From a virus: 64,000 bases of DNA. The position numbers and the translations under genes were made by a program. Shown piece by piece: positions 26,181 through 34,637 of this stretch; the stretch's first letter is position 1, and each line of letters begins with the position of its first letter. The DNA lies in the IMG/VR virus record IMGVR_UViG_3300014885_000003, positions 4,737 through 68,736 of that record; one strand, written 5' to 3'. The notes under the pieces are model-generated. The model searched no databases and was not told the origin of the DNA. It saw nothing but the letters and a program-made list of their open reading frames with translations.

Positions 26181-27134
26181 ATGGCGCGAGCGTTGTCGTT
26201 TGATGAGTACAGGAACCGGATGATGCCGTGGGCGAATCGCATGGCCAACTATCGACAGCACCCGGGGAACCCGCTGCTCGGGAAAGACGACTTGATCCAG
26301 GAAGGCCTAATCGCGCTCTGGAGTGTGTGGAAGCGGCTCAGGAGGAAGAAGACAGAGAACGAGCTGTGCCGGATCGGAACAACGGCTATGCGATGGAGGA
26401 TGATCACCGCATACCAACGGGCATGCGGAGGCAAGCGCGCTGGTGTGATCCTGGTGTCGCTCGACGCGGAAATCCCGAACACTGATAGGAGGTTCATCGA
26501 CGATCTGACCGACGATGCCGGAACCGTCGGCGGACAGCTTCACAGCTCCGGCGAGGACGATCTTTGGTTTCGCTTGCTGCTTTCGGAGCACTTGCGATAT
26601 AATCCTTCACAGATGGACGAAACCTCAAACACAGCAGGAGGACGAGACATGTTTCTTCAGAACGACGACGAGCGCAACGCACCGGATTCCCCGATCGACG
26701 ACACGGACGTCAGTGACACCGCGACTGCGGTAGCCGAGGAGCCCAAGGCCAAGACGCCCAAGGCCAAGGCCGAGAAGAAGGTCAAGGCGCCCAAGAAGGT
26801 CAAGGCGCCCAAGGTCAAGGCCGAGAAGAAGGCCAAGACGCCCAAGGCCAAGGCCGAGAAGAAGGTCAAGGCGCCCAAGGCCGCCAAGCCGAAGAAGGCT
26901 GGACGCGTGTCGGCTGGCATGCCGGACAAGGACAAGATCGTCAAGGTCGGCAGCAAGGCGAAGTACCTCGGCGGCGCCAGCACCACGGTCCTGAAGAAGG
27001 GCGACGTCGTGACGGTCCGGTGGCACTTCAAGGGCGAGGGGTCGCTCCGCTACTCGGTCCGCTACGGCCACGGCAAGGACGCCAGCTCGACCACGATCGC
27101 CGCGAGGTTCTTCGAACCGGCGAAGGGGGAGTAG
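26181..27134 (+). CDS. Sigma-70 region-2-like domain fused in frame to a Lys/Ala/Pro-rich histone-like protein
   Basis: DDLIQEGLIALW (sigma 2.2-like), VSLDAEI; KAPK/KAEKK repeats; internal AGGAGG SD plus ATG at 26649. Confidence 0.6.
   Translation: MARALSFDEYRNRMMPWANRMANYRQHPGNPLLGKDDLIQEGLIALWSVWKRLRRKKTENELCRIGTTAMRWRMITAYQRACGGKRAGVILVSLDAEIPNTDRRFIDDLTDDAGTVGGQLHSSGEDDLWFRLLLSEHLRYNPSQMDETSNTAGGRDMFLQNDDERNAPDSPIDDTDVSDTATAVAEEPKAKTPKAKAEKKVKAPKKVKAPKVKAEKKAKTPKAKAEKKVKAPKAAKPKKAGRVSAGMPDKDKIVKVGSKAKYLGGASTTVLKKGDVVTVRWHFKGEGSLRYSVRYGHGKDASSTTIAARFFEPAKGE
26574..26603 (+). promoter_or_regulatory. Sigma70-like promoter inside the sigma-like gene
   Basis: TTGCTG-N18-TATAAT upstream of the internal start at 26649. 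Confidence 0.55.
26742..26897 (+). repeat. Tandem coding repeats (KAKTPKAKAEKKVKAPK)
   Basis: Direct DNA repeats aaggccaagacgcccaaggccaaggccgagaagaaggtcaaggcgcccaag. Confidence 0.8.
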
Positions 27135-27161
27135 TAGCCACACGAACGATCCGTCCAAAAC

Positions 27162-27200
27162 TGCGGGAGTCCTCGAAAGGGGCTCCCGCATTTTTTGTTT
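27162..27200 (+). terminator. Rho-independent terminator
   Basis: TGCGGGAGTCCT-CGAA-AGGGGCTCCCGCA followed by TTTTTTGTTT. Confidence 0.85.
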
Positions 27201-27289
27201 GTCGTGATATAAACATTTGGACCAATGAAACGACCACCTGGCTGTCGCCTGTCCAAATCAAGAATACCCGGTTGGAGGTCGCTCGCCAA

Positions 27290-28390
27290 ATGAAACTGCC
27301 GATCAAGGACGTTCTGCCGATCGTGACCTTGATGCACGGATTCACGGCGGACCGAGATACGATTCCAGCACTGAAGCACATCTTCTTCTCTAACGATACC
27401 ATCCGCGCGTTCTCCGGTATGGCCGGCGCCGTCTGGAAGTCGGGATCAGCGTGGTTCAATGAAGACGAGCTGGCGATCCAGTCTGAGACCTTGCAAAAGG
27501 TACTTCAGTCCTTGTATGACCAAGGTGTCGAGGACGTCGAAATGAAGCCGACGCCGACACAGGTCACCATCCGAGGTGCATCGTTCAAGGGGTCTCTTGG
27601 CAGGCTTGCGTTGGACAGCGCTCCGACGATGTTCATGTTTCGTGAACCTCCGACCGATGCGGATCGGTTCGTTCTTGATGACACGTTCTGGAGTGACTTC
27701 GATAGGATCACGTTCGCGGTCTGCAAGGACGAGAACAGAGCGCCTCTGCGAGGCATGTTCTGGGCGCCTTCTGGCCGGTTCTACGCGACGGACGGATTCC
27801 GAATCGCGACTGTCGTACCTTCATCGAAGGATCGAAAGCCTCCGGTCGAGGGCGGGCTGCTAATTCCAGATCACATCATGTTGCGCTTGGCTGATCGACG
27901 GATCAGTGTCAAGCAGATCGCAGTCGACGAAAGCGTGATCTGGTGCTTCCTGGAAGAGGGCGCGGTCTACGGATCACTGATCGAAGACAAGTTCCCGATC
28001 GACGGCGCGAATGGAGTTCTGAAGAAGGCTCAGTCTGCAATCAAGAATGACCAAGGTGCGTGGGTTCAGTTACCAGAAGGCCCAGCGATGGACCTGATCA
28101 TGGCTAGGTTACTCCTATTCGCGGAGGCTCCGACGTTCCGGATGCGGTGCTCGATCGAAAAGGATACGCTGCGAATCGCAACGGTTGATCCTGCCGGATC
28201 AGTCTCAGCGGAGGAAGCGATCCCGGTGAAGGTGACCGGCAAGTCCGGCGGATCGTTCGCGGTGAATGGCCGCCACTTCCGCGAGATGATCAAAGAAGTC
28301 GGGTTGACGTTTTGGTACGGTCCGGAATGCCCTCTGTATTTCCGAAGCAAGGACAAGAAGATTGATGCGGTTTTGATTCTGTTCGGATGA
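27290..28390 (+). CDS. DNA polymerase III beta/sliding clamp-like protein
   Basis: 366 aa; IPALKHI, R.PLRGM...ATDGFRIA, LIEDKFP, FAVN. Confidence 0.75.
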   Translation: MKLPIKDVLPIVTLMHGFTADRDTIPALKHIFFSNDTIRAFSGMAGAVWKSGSAWFNEDELAIQSETLQKVLQSLYDQGVEDVEMKPTPTQVTIRGASFKGSLGRLALDSAPTMFMFREPPTDADRFVLDDTFWSDFDRITFAVCKDENRAPLRGMFWAPSGRFYATDGFRIATVVPSSKDRKPPVEGGLLIPDHIMLRLADRRISVKQIAVDESVIWCFLEEGAVYGSLIEDKFPIDGANGVLKKAQSAIKNDQGAWVQLPEGPAMDLIMARLLLFAEAPTFRMRCSIEKDTLRIATVDPAGSVSAEEAIPVKVTGKSGGSFAVNGRHFREMIKEVGLTFWYGPECPLYFRSKDKKIDAVLILFG

Positions 28391-29694
28391 AGGACTTCAC
28401 TCCAGCGTCTCCGTCATTCTTTCCAGCAGCGGCATCGGCTCCGCGGCGTCGGACCGTCAAGGCGTCTGTTCAGACCGGGAATCCGTGTGAGGGGTGCCCT
28501 CGGGAACAGGCGATCAAGGTCAAGCCGACGGTCAGCCTCCGGGCACGACTCCAGGCCGTCGGGATGGCGCCAGGATCGGAGGAAGAGCGCAAAGGTGTAC
28601 CCTTCGTCGGCCCGTCCGGGGAGCTGCTTAGGATGGCACTGAGGGCCTCTGGGTTGAATCCCGACCTGGACGTCAACTATGCCAATCTGGCACGATGCCG
28701 GCCGGAGAACGACGACTTCGATACCAAGGATTGGGCGGACGCGGAGAAACGCTGCTGGCGCCATCTGACCTCAGACCTCGCGCCGATCAATCTGCCGCTG
28801 TTACTTCTCGGGACACGGCCTGTTCAGAAGTTCATGGCGGACAAGAAAGCGAAGGTGTCGATCCATCGCGGTCTATGGATCGCGGCGCATGATGGACGAG
28901 ATGCCTTCGTAGTGCGGCATCCGTCCGCGATCCTCAGGACACGCAATCCGAACGACCGAGCGTTCCTGAAGGAACAGTTCATGAGCGACATCGCGCGCAT
29001 GGCGAGCCGAGTCATGAAGACCGAACTGCCTGATGATGTGAGCGTGAAGATCTATCCGACGCTAGCGTCAGCTCGTGACTTTCTCACGCGCCTCAGTCAG
29101 CGCTGTGGTCCGTGGGCCTTTGACATCGAAACATATGATGCCGGGGAGTTCCCTTCTCGTAAGGCTGTCGCAACAGATTGCTGTCACCCGGACTTCCGAG
29201 TTCGCGGTATCGCCATTGCGTGGTCAGCGACGCATGGTGCATGGCTGGAACTGAAGGGCCCTCACGAAGTCGATCATGAACCATCTGTCATCCGGGCAGC
29301 GCTCGATCCGGCCTTCGGGTCCGATGCTGAGAAGTGGGCGTTCATGGGCGACTTCGATGAGAACGGACTCGTCTATCCCGGTCTGGTCTCTCGGGTGAAT
29401 CGTCGATCCGGAGACGGCATGCTCGCGATGGTCGCGCTGGGAGACGCACGTCATGAGTCCTTGCGGCTGGAGAAGGCCGTCATAGACATCCTGAAGAAGC
29501 GCCAGTCATGGAACGGGACGGATAAGAACAAGATCGAGCAGACTCCGATTGAGGAACTCGCCAGAGGTTCTGTCGGTGATGCGGTCAGAACGTTTGAGCT
29601 GTGCCAGGAACTTCATGCTCGTTTGGAACGTGGAGAGTACACAGAGACCGGGGGGATCTCTGGCGGGAACGGAATGATAAGGAGAGGCATGTGA
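28387..29694 (+). CDS. Family-4 uracil-DNA glycosylase-like domain plus 3'-5' exonuclease (N-terminal part of PolA)
   Basis: CEGC, GMAPGSEE, PFVGPSG, NLARCRP, LLGT, HPSAILR; ExoI AFDIET, ExoII FD, ExoIII GDA. Confidence 0.8.
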   Translation: MKDFTPASPSFFPAAASAPRRRTVKASVQTGNPCEGCPREQAIKVKPTVSLRARLQAVGMAPGSEEERKGVPFVGPSGELLRMALRASGLNPDLDVNYANLARCRPENDDFDTKDWADAEKRCWRHLTSDLAPINLPLLLLGTRPVQKFMADKKAKVSIHRGLWIAAHDGRDAFVVRHPSAILRTRNPNDRAFLKEQFMSDIARMASRVMKTELPDDVSVKIYPTLASARDFLTRLSQRCGPWAFDIETYDAGEFPSRKAVATDCCHPDFRVRGIAIAWSATHGAWLELKGPHEVDHEPSVIRAALDPAFGSDAEKWAFMGDFDENGLVYPGLVSRVNRRSGDGMLAMVALGDARHESLRLEKAVIDILKKRQSWNGTDKNKIEQTPIEELARGSVGDAVRTFELCQELHARLERGEYTETGGISGGNGMIRRGM

Positions 29695-30482
29695 GACAGA
29701 CAACGCCGACGGTGTACATGATCGCGGAGACCATGATCAGATGGCAGGATCTCCGGGCATACCTGCAAGATATCGAAGCTGGGGATTTCAAGGCTTCTGC
29801 GGAGACTGAAAAGCTGGAGCCCTGGGGAGATGCTCTGACTGAGATCGCAGGCCGGCTGTGCTATCGATCATGGCGCCCAGGCATGAACGCGAACGTGACC
29901 AAGGTTCGTCAGGGTTCGAGAGAGTACATTGGCAACGTCCTGAAGCAGAGGCACGGATCTGTCTTCGAACACGCATCAGTCTCGTTCATCTTCCACAACG
30001 TCTCTCGGGTGTTCACGCATGAACTCGTGAGGCATCGCGCCGGCTGTGCGATCTCTCAAGAGTCTCTTCGGTATGTCCGATTGACCGACATAGGATTCAG
30101 GATGCCTCCGTGCTTCCAGTCTGATCCGGAATTGATGGACCGCGCGACGTCACTGGTCGGTGCCATGGAAGCCTTTCAGCTGTGGATGGCCAATCGATTC
30201 GATCTGGACGGATCGAAGGACTTCCCGTTCAAGAAGGCGATCACGTCGGCTATGCGCCGGCTGGCTCCGCTCGGTCTGTCGACCGGGATCATGTGGACGG
30301 CGAATCATCGGACACTGCGCCATGTGATCGTTCAGCGAACGGCCGAGGGCGCCGAGGAAGAGATCCGTCTGGTGTTCGATCAGGTCGCGCAACTCATGAA
30401 GGAACGCTTCCCGTCGATCTATCAGGACTTCACTCGGAAGGACAACAACGGTACATGGTTCGCTGAGAACGAGAAGGTGTGA
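29691..30482 (+). CDS. thyX: FAD-dependent thymidylate synthase
   Basis: AGRLCY, HGSVFEH, SRVFTHELVRHR...SQESLRY, AEEEIR. Confidence 0.95.
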   Translation: MRQTTPTVYMIAETMIRWQDLRAYLQDIEAGDFKASAETEKLEPWGDALTEIAGRLCYRSWRPGMNANVTKVRQGSREYIGNVLKQRHGSVFEHASVSFIFHNVSRVFTHELVRHRAGCAISQESLRYVRLTDIGFRMPPCFQSDPELMDRATSLVGAMEAFQLWMANRFDLDGSKDFPFKKAITSAMRRLAPLGLSTGIMWTANHRTLRHVIVQRTAEGAEEEIRLVFDQVAQLMKERFPSIYQDFTRKDNNGTWFAENEKV

Positions 30483-30886
30483 TGAGCGATCGAGTTGATC
30501 ACCCGACGCATTACAATACCGGCAGGATCGAAATCATCGACTTCCTGGAGGATCAGAAGCTACCGCCTAACCTCTGGAACGCGGTCAAGTACATCGCACG
30601 CGCCGGCAAGCACCCGGACGAGCCTGCGCTTCGGACGTTGCAGAAGGCGGAATGGTATGTGCATCGGGAGATTCAGACGGCGCTGTGGCCAGAGCTGACA
30701 TCGAAGCAAGCGCAGGCGAAAGAGCGTGAACTGGCCACTGAGTCAGCCTCGGTTCAGGGAATGATCAACGCGCTGAAGTCAGTTCAGTTTCATTATCGAG
30801 GCGCACATGAGTGCGCTAACCCAACTCCGTTCACGTGTGTTCTCTGTCAGGTTGACGAGATCATCAAGAAGTACGGATCAGAGTAG
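30479..30886 (+). CDS. DUF3310 (SaV-like) domain protein
   Basis: VDHPTHY..G.IE.ID...NAVKYIARAGK...LQKAEWY. Confidence 0.85.
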   Translation: MMSDRVDHPTHYNTGRIEIIDFLEDQKLPPNLWNAVKYIARAGKHPDEPALRTLQKAEWYVHREIQTALWPELTSKQAQAKERELATESASVQGMINALKSVQFHYRGAHECANPTPFTCVLCQVDEIIKKYGSE

Positions 30887-30890
30887 TCAA

Positions 30891-32507
30891 ATGCAGATCG
30901 GCCAGTACTACCGTGACATCCTTGTTCCTGCCAACGTCGCTGTTGCGGCGATCCGCCGCGCTGGTCTGGTGGTCGATCGGAAGCGACTCAAGGAGACGTG
31001 CGACGCGTGGGAAGCGAGGCTGATTGATCTCAAGGCCTTCGTTGAAGGTGAGGCTGCACAGCGCGGGATCGCCCTGAAGTACAGTGCGGCTCACGGTGTC
31101 GGAACGGAGAAGCTGGGCAACTTCCTGTTCTCGGCTCAAGGGCTCGGTCTGGAATCGAAGGGTCAGACTGATGGCGGGAAGCCATCGACCGACGACGATA
31201 GTCTGCAATGGTACGCCAGCCTCAAGGTGCCTCGTGATGATGACCACCCAACGGTCAAGGCCGTCCTCAAGATTCGTTCCTTGGCGAAAGGTATCTGCAC
31301 GTACGGACGCGCGTTTGATCGGTCAGTCATGGCGGACGGCGCGTGTCATCCTCATTTCAAGTGGAACCTGCGCACACCACGACTCGCCGCAGAGAATCCG
31401 CCGGTCCATCAGATTCCGGAGCGGGCGGACCGGGAAGTCGCGGACGCTATCAAGTCGTGGTTCGTGCCTCGTGTGAACCCACCTCCGACTCCGGAGGACT
31501 GGGACCCGCGGAAGCACGGATCAACGTTCCGGTGGGACATCAGTGGTGCTGAGGCCGCGATCCGCGTCGCGATGCTGACGGCTCGATTCTGTACGCGTCC
31601 GGACCCGGTGGGCTGGGAGTACATCCGGCTCGGGAAGGACATTCATAGCAAGACGGCCTCGCTGATTTACAAGGTGCCTGAAGGTACGTACGTGAAGGGA
31701 TCGTACGAGCGGGATCAGGTCGCCAAGAACACATTCTTCGCCAAGCAGTACGGCGCTGAATGGCCAACTGTAAAAAGTACGATGTGGGCAAAGGGCCGCA
31801 TCTGGCTACCGGACGAAGATGCAAAAATGATCTCTACGAACTTTGACGACGGCTATCCTGGTCTGGTCGAACTGTATGAGATCGACAAGGACGGCTTCGG
31901 AAAGACAGGCTACTGTTATGACGGGTATGGTCGACGTCGCTGGGTCGGTCTTCCTGATGATGTTCTCTACCTCGGAATGCAGAACGGAAAGACGAAGTGG
32001 GAAATCAAGGGCGTTCCGATGGATGAAGTGGAACGCCATGACAAGTTCAGGAAGCTGATCATTTCGAAGCTTAAGCACCAGTGGCATGTAGCTGCCAATA
32101 CGCCAACGCAGGGCATGAGCGCTACCGATAACCTTTGGATGATAGCGTTGCTGTATCACGGGGAGTACGTCGATCTGAAGCTGCCTCCAATGTGGGAGTC
32201 GAAGGGTATCGACTACCCCGAGGCGAAGTCGTGGAGGATGCACGAGGGGCCGGGGCCAGGCGGGAAACCGTTCAAGGCGTGGCATTCGAACACGGTGCAT
32301 GATAGTGCGTGGGGAGATTGTGCTCCTGGCTATCTGGAACCATTGGCCAAGCTGGTATGGCGTCGCTGTCGTGCGGTGCCATTCGACTGGCGCATTGAAG
32401 CGGATGTTCCGTACCGGGTCGAACTGTCCGTGGGCCCGGACATCGGGCATCTAATCAATTACAACAAGGCAGCGAAGCAGTTCGGACTGGAACCACTGCC
32501 TGACTGA
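30891..32507 (+). CDS. Family A DNA polymerase, polymerase domain
   Basis: TPRLAAENPPVHQIP, motif A DISGAE, DIHS, motif B KNTFFAKQYG, GRRR, NTPTQG, motif C VHDS. Confidence 0.9.
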   Translation: MQIGQYYRDILVPANVAVAAIRRAGLVVDRKRLKETCDAWEARLIDLKAFVEGEAAQRGIALKYSAAHGVGTEKLGNFLFSAQGLGLESKGQTDGGKPSTDDDSLQWYASLKVPRDDDHPTVKAVLKIRSLAKGICTYGRAFDRSVMADGACHPHFKWNLRTPRLAAENPPVHQIPERADREVADAIKSWFVPRVNPPPTPEDWDPRKHGSTFRWDISGAEAAIRVAMLTARFCTRPDPVGWEYIRLGKDIHSKTASLIYKVPEGTYVKGSYERDQVAKNTFFAKQYGAEWPTVKSTMWAKGRIWLPDEDAKMISTNFDDGYPGLVELYEIDKDGFGKTGYCYDGYGRRRWVGLPDDVLYLGMQNGKTKWEIKGVPMDEVERHDKFRKLIISKLKHQWHVAANTPTQGMSATDNLWMIALLYHGEYVDLKLPPMWESKGIDYPEAKSWRMHEGPGPGGKPFKAWHSNTVHDSAWGDCAPGYLEPLAKLVWRRCRAVPFDWRIEADVPYRVELSVGPDIGHLINYNKAAKQFGLEPLPD

Positions 32508-32517
32508 TATAACCATC

Positions 32518-33075
32518 ATGCCGACTAAACCAATGCCAACTGATCCTCGTGCTTCAATCATGAAAGTGACTGTCGAGATCGACGGCAATCGATTCACCGA
32601 GGATCTCGGACTCCAGGTGACGTTGCAGTCGGACATCGATGGACTGAACATCGCGCTCTCGGAACAACCGGGACGGTTCGCGTGGTGGGCCATGCTGGAA
32701 GTCAAGTCCCGTTCGATTCACGACGATCTGGAAGCGCAGTCGAAGCTGCTAGAGGCAGAGCTGTTCACGAAGTATCAGACATCACTGATGGGAGGGGTGG
32801 TCAAGTCAACAGGCGAACTGAAGGCGCCGACACTGGACTCGATCAGGTCAGCTATCGCGATGGACGAAAGGATGCAGGCAGTGCAAGCGCGTCTTCGTAA
32901 AGCGAAGTTGGATTGCGACCAGCTCCGAGTCGGCCGTCAAACCATGGAACAGCGCAGGGACGCACTGCTCGCGATAGCGTCGAACTGTCGGGCAGAGATG
33001 GAATACCGGCTGGTCGTCGGCAAACGAGCGATGCCGGGCGCGAGGTCTGACGCCCGACCACCCGCAACATTCTGA
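32518..33075 (+). CDS. UvsY-like recombination mediator (coiled coil)
   Basis: Helical protein directly upstream of the gp32-like SSB. Confidence 0.45.
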   Translation: MPTKPMPTDPRASIMKVTVEIDGNRFTEDLGLQVTLQSDIDGLNIALSEQPGRFAWWAMLEVKSRSIHDDLEAQSKLLEAELFTKYQTSLMGGVVKSTGELKAPTLDSIRSAIAMDERMQAVQARLRKAKLDCDQLRVGRQTMEQRRDALLAIASNCRAEMEYRLVVGKRAMPGARSDARPPATF

Positions 33076-33082
33076 GAGGAGA

Positions 33083-34102
33083 ATGATGGGAGCACTCAGT
33101 CCAGCAGTTCAGGAACAGATGCGGAAGAAGGCCGAGGCCCTCAAGAAGCAGATGTCAGGCTCCGGTGGGTTCATCAAGCGGTGGGATCTGGTCGGGAAGA
33201 ACGCGATCGTTCAGCCGGGATCGAGCGCCATCGCGCGCCTGCTGCCTCGGTGGGATCGTTACACCCGAGGCGCTGACGGCAAGCTGGCGGAGAACCCAGC
33301 CGCGGTCGATCAGCCGATCTTCTTCGACGCGTTCGAGCACTGGTGGGACGCGCCCGACGGGAAGAAGACTCGGGAGTGGTGCCCGAAGACGTTCGGACCC
33401 GAGGCGCCCTGTCCGATCTGCGAAGCTGCCGAGGAGCTAGCGTCCGCCGGTGACAAGGAGAGCAAGGAGTCCGCGAACCGGATCAAGCGCAAGGAGGCCT
33501 TCCTCTTCAACGCCATGATCGGCGCGACTGGATCGAGGAAGTTCACCGAGGACGGCAAGCCGGACATCCGGTACATGGCGGCACCGAACACGGTGTTCGT
33601 CGGGATCTCCGATGTCATGACCGGAGGCACGGAGCCGCAGTTCGGACGAGGCGACATCTCCGATCCTCGGGACGGGTTCGATCTGAAGTTGGCCAGGCCA
33701 GCGAGCGGCGGCAACGATCGGTGGAAGGTCGACGCCGCGGTGGCGTCGCCGCTGATGCTGGAGGCCGAGAAGGCGCAGTACCGTGGCTGGTCTCAGATGC
33801 TCGTCGACCTGCCGAAGATGGTGGAGTCCGAGTCGAAGACGTATGACGAGCTGTACAAGCTGTTTCACGGTGTCTCGGCTCCCGGTGAGCGTGAGCCCGG
33901 CGACGAGGCCGCCAGCGGTGTCGAGGATGACGATATCCCACCAGCAACGTCGACTCCAGGTGTCGCTGTCGGAGGTGCCGCAGAGGACCCTCTGGACGGC
34001 CTGGACGACGTTGACGCCGGCATCGACCTGCCGCCAGCTGCTCCGCCCAAGCCGGCGGCAAAGGCTGCCGCGAAGCCTCAGGCAGCAGGTCGCCGGAAGT
34101 GA
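33083..34102 (+). CDS. gp32-like single-stranded DNA-binding protein
   Basis: RLLP, H..., CPKTFG...CPICE, DISDPRDGFD, acidic C-terminal region. Confidence 0.8.
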   Translation: MMGALSPAVQEQMRKKAEALKKQMSGSGGFIKRWDLVGKNAIVQPGSSAIARLLPRWDRYTRGADGKLAENPAAVDQPIFFDAFEHWWDAPDGKKTREWCPKTFGPEAPCPICEAAEELASAGDKESKESANRIKRKEAFLFNAMIGATGSRKFTEDGKPDIRYMAAPNTVFVGISDVMTGGTEPQFGRGDISDPRDGFDLKLARPASGGNDRWKVDAAVASPLMLEAEKAQYRGWSQMLVDLPKMVESESKTYDELYKLFHGVSAPGEREPGDEAASGVEDDDIPPATSTPGVAVGGAAEDPLDGLDDVDAGIDLPPAAPPKPAAKAAAKPQAAGRRK

Positions 34103-34199
34103 TCTCAGTTCCTGGCCTCGCTGCGACAGCGCAATCGGTTGTCGTCGTTTCCGGGATGGCGGCAAGGATCGGAGAACCGATCCGGCGAGGTCAGGATTC

Positions 34200-34637
34200 A
34201 TGATCGAGGTGCAAGGCAATCTCTGGAACTACTGGAAGGCTGGTGCGTGGCTGGTCGTCACGACGAACGGGTCTGTTCGGAAGGATGGCGATGCTGTCAT
34301 GGGCCGAGGCATTGCAAAGCAGGCCGCTGATTACTTCCCGACTTTAGCGCCGGATCTAGGGCAGAAGATTCGGCATGTTGGTAATCATGTCTTCGTGTTC
34401 TTCGATCTTCGTGTTCTCACGATGCCCGTGAAGTACCATTGGAAGCAGCCGGCATCGTGGGGATTGATCCGACAGAGTATCGAGCAGCTTGTAGTGGTCG
34501 TGAACTCGCTCGGGATCAACTCTGTCGCGATGCCTCGGCCAGGATGCGGGAATGGAGGTCTCCAGTGGCGTGACGTCAGGCCTCTTCTGGCGACGCTCAA
34601 TGATCGGTTCAGAGTGGTGGAGATCAAGGACTCATGA
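34200..34637 (+). CDS. Macro domain (ADP-ribose binding/hydrolase) protein
   Basis: TTNG...AVMGRGIAKQ, PVKYHW, PRPGCGNGGL.W. Confidence 0.85.
   Translation: MIEVQGNLWNYWKAGAWLVVTTNGSVRKDGDAVMGRGIAKQAADYFPTLAPDLGQKIRHVGNHVFVFFDLRVLTMPVKYHWKQPASWGLIRQSIEQLVVVVNSLGINSVAMPRPGCGNGGLQWRDVRPLLATLNDRFRVVEIKDS

Noticed and set aside
27020-27289. N-terminal extensions given by the ORF track (clamp, also ThyX 29601, macro 33783, PolA 30807, AAA 22346)
   Set aside because: They run through terminators or upstream genes; downstream starts with SD or stop-start coupling are better
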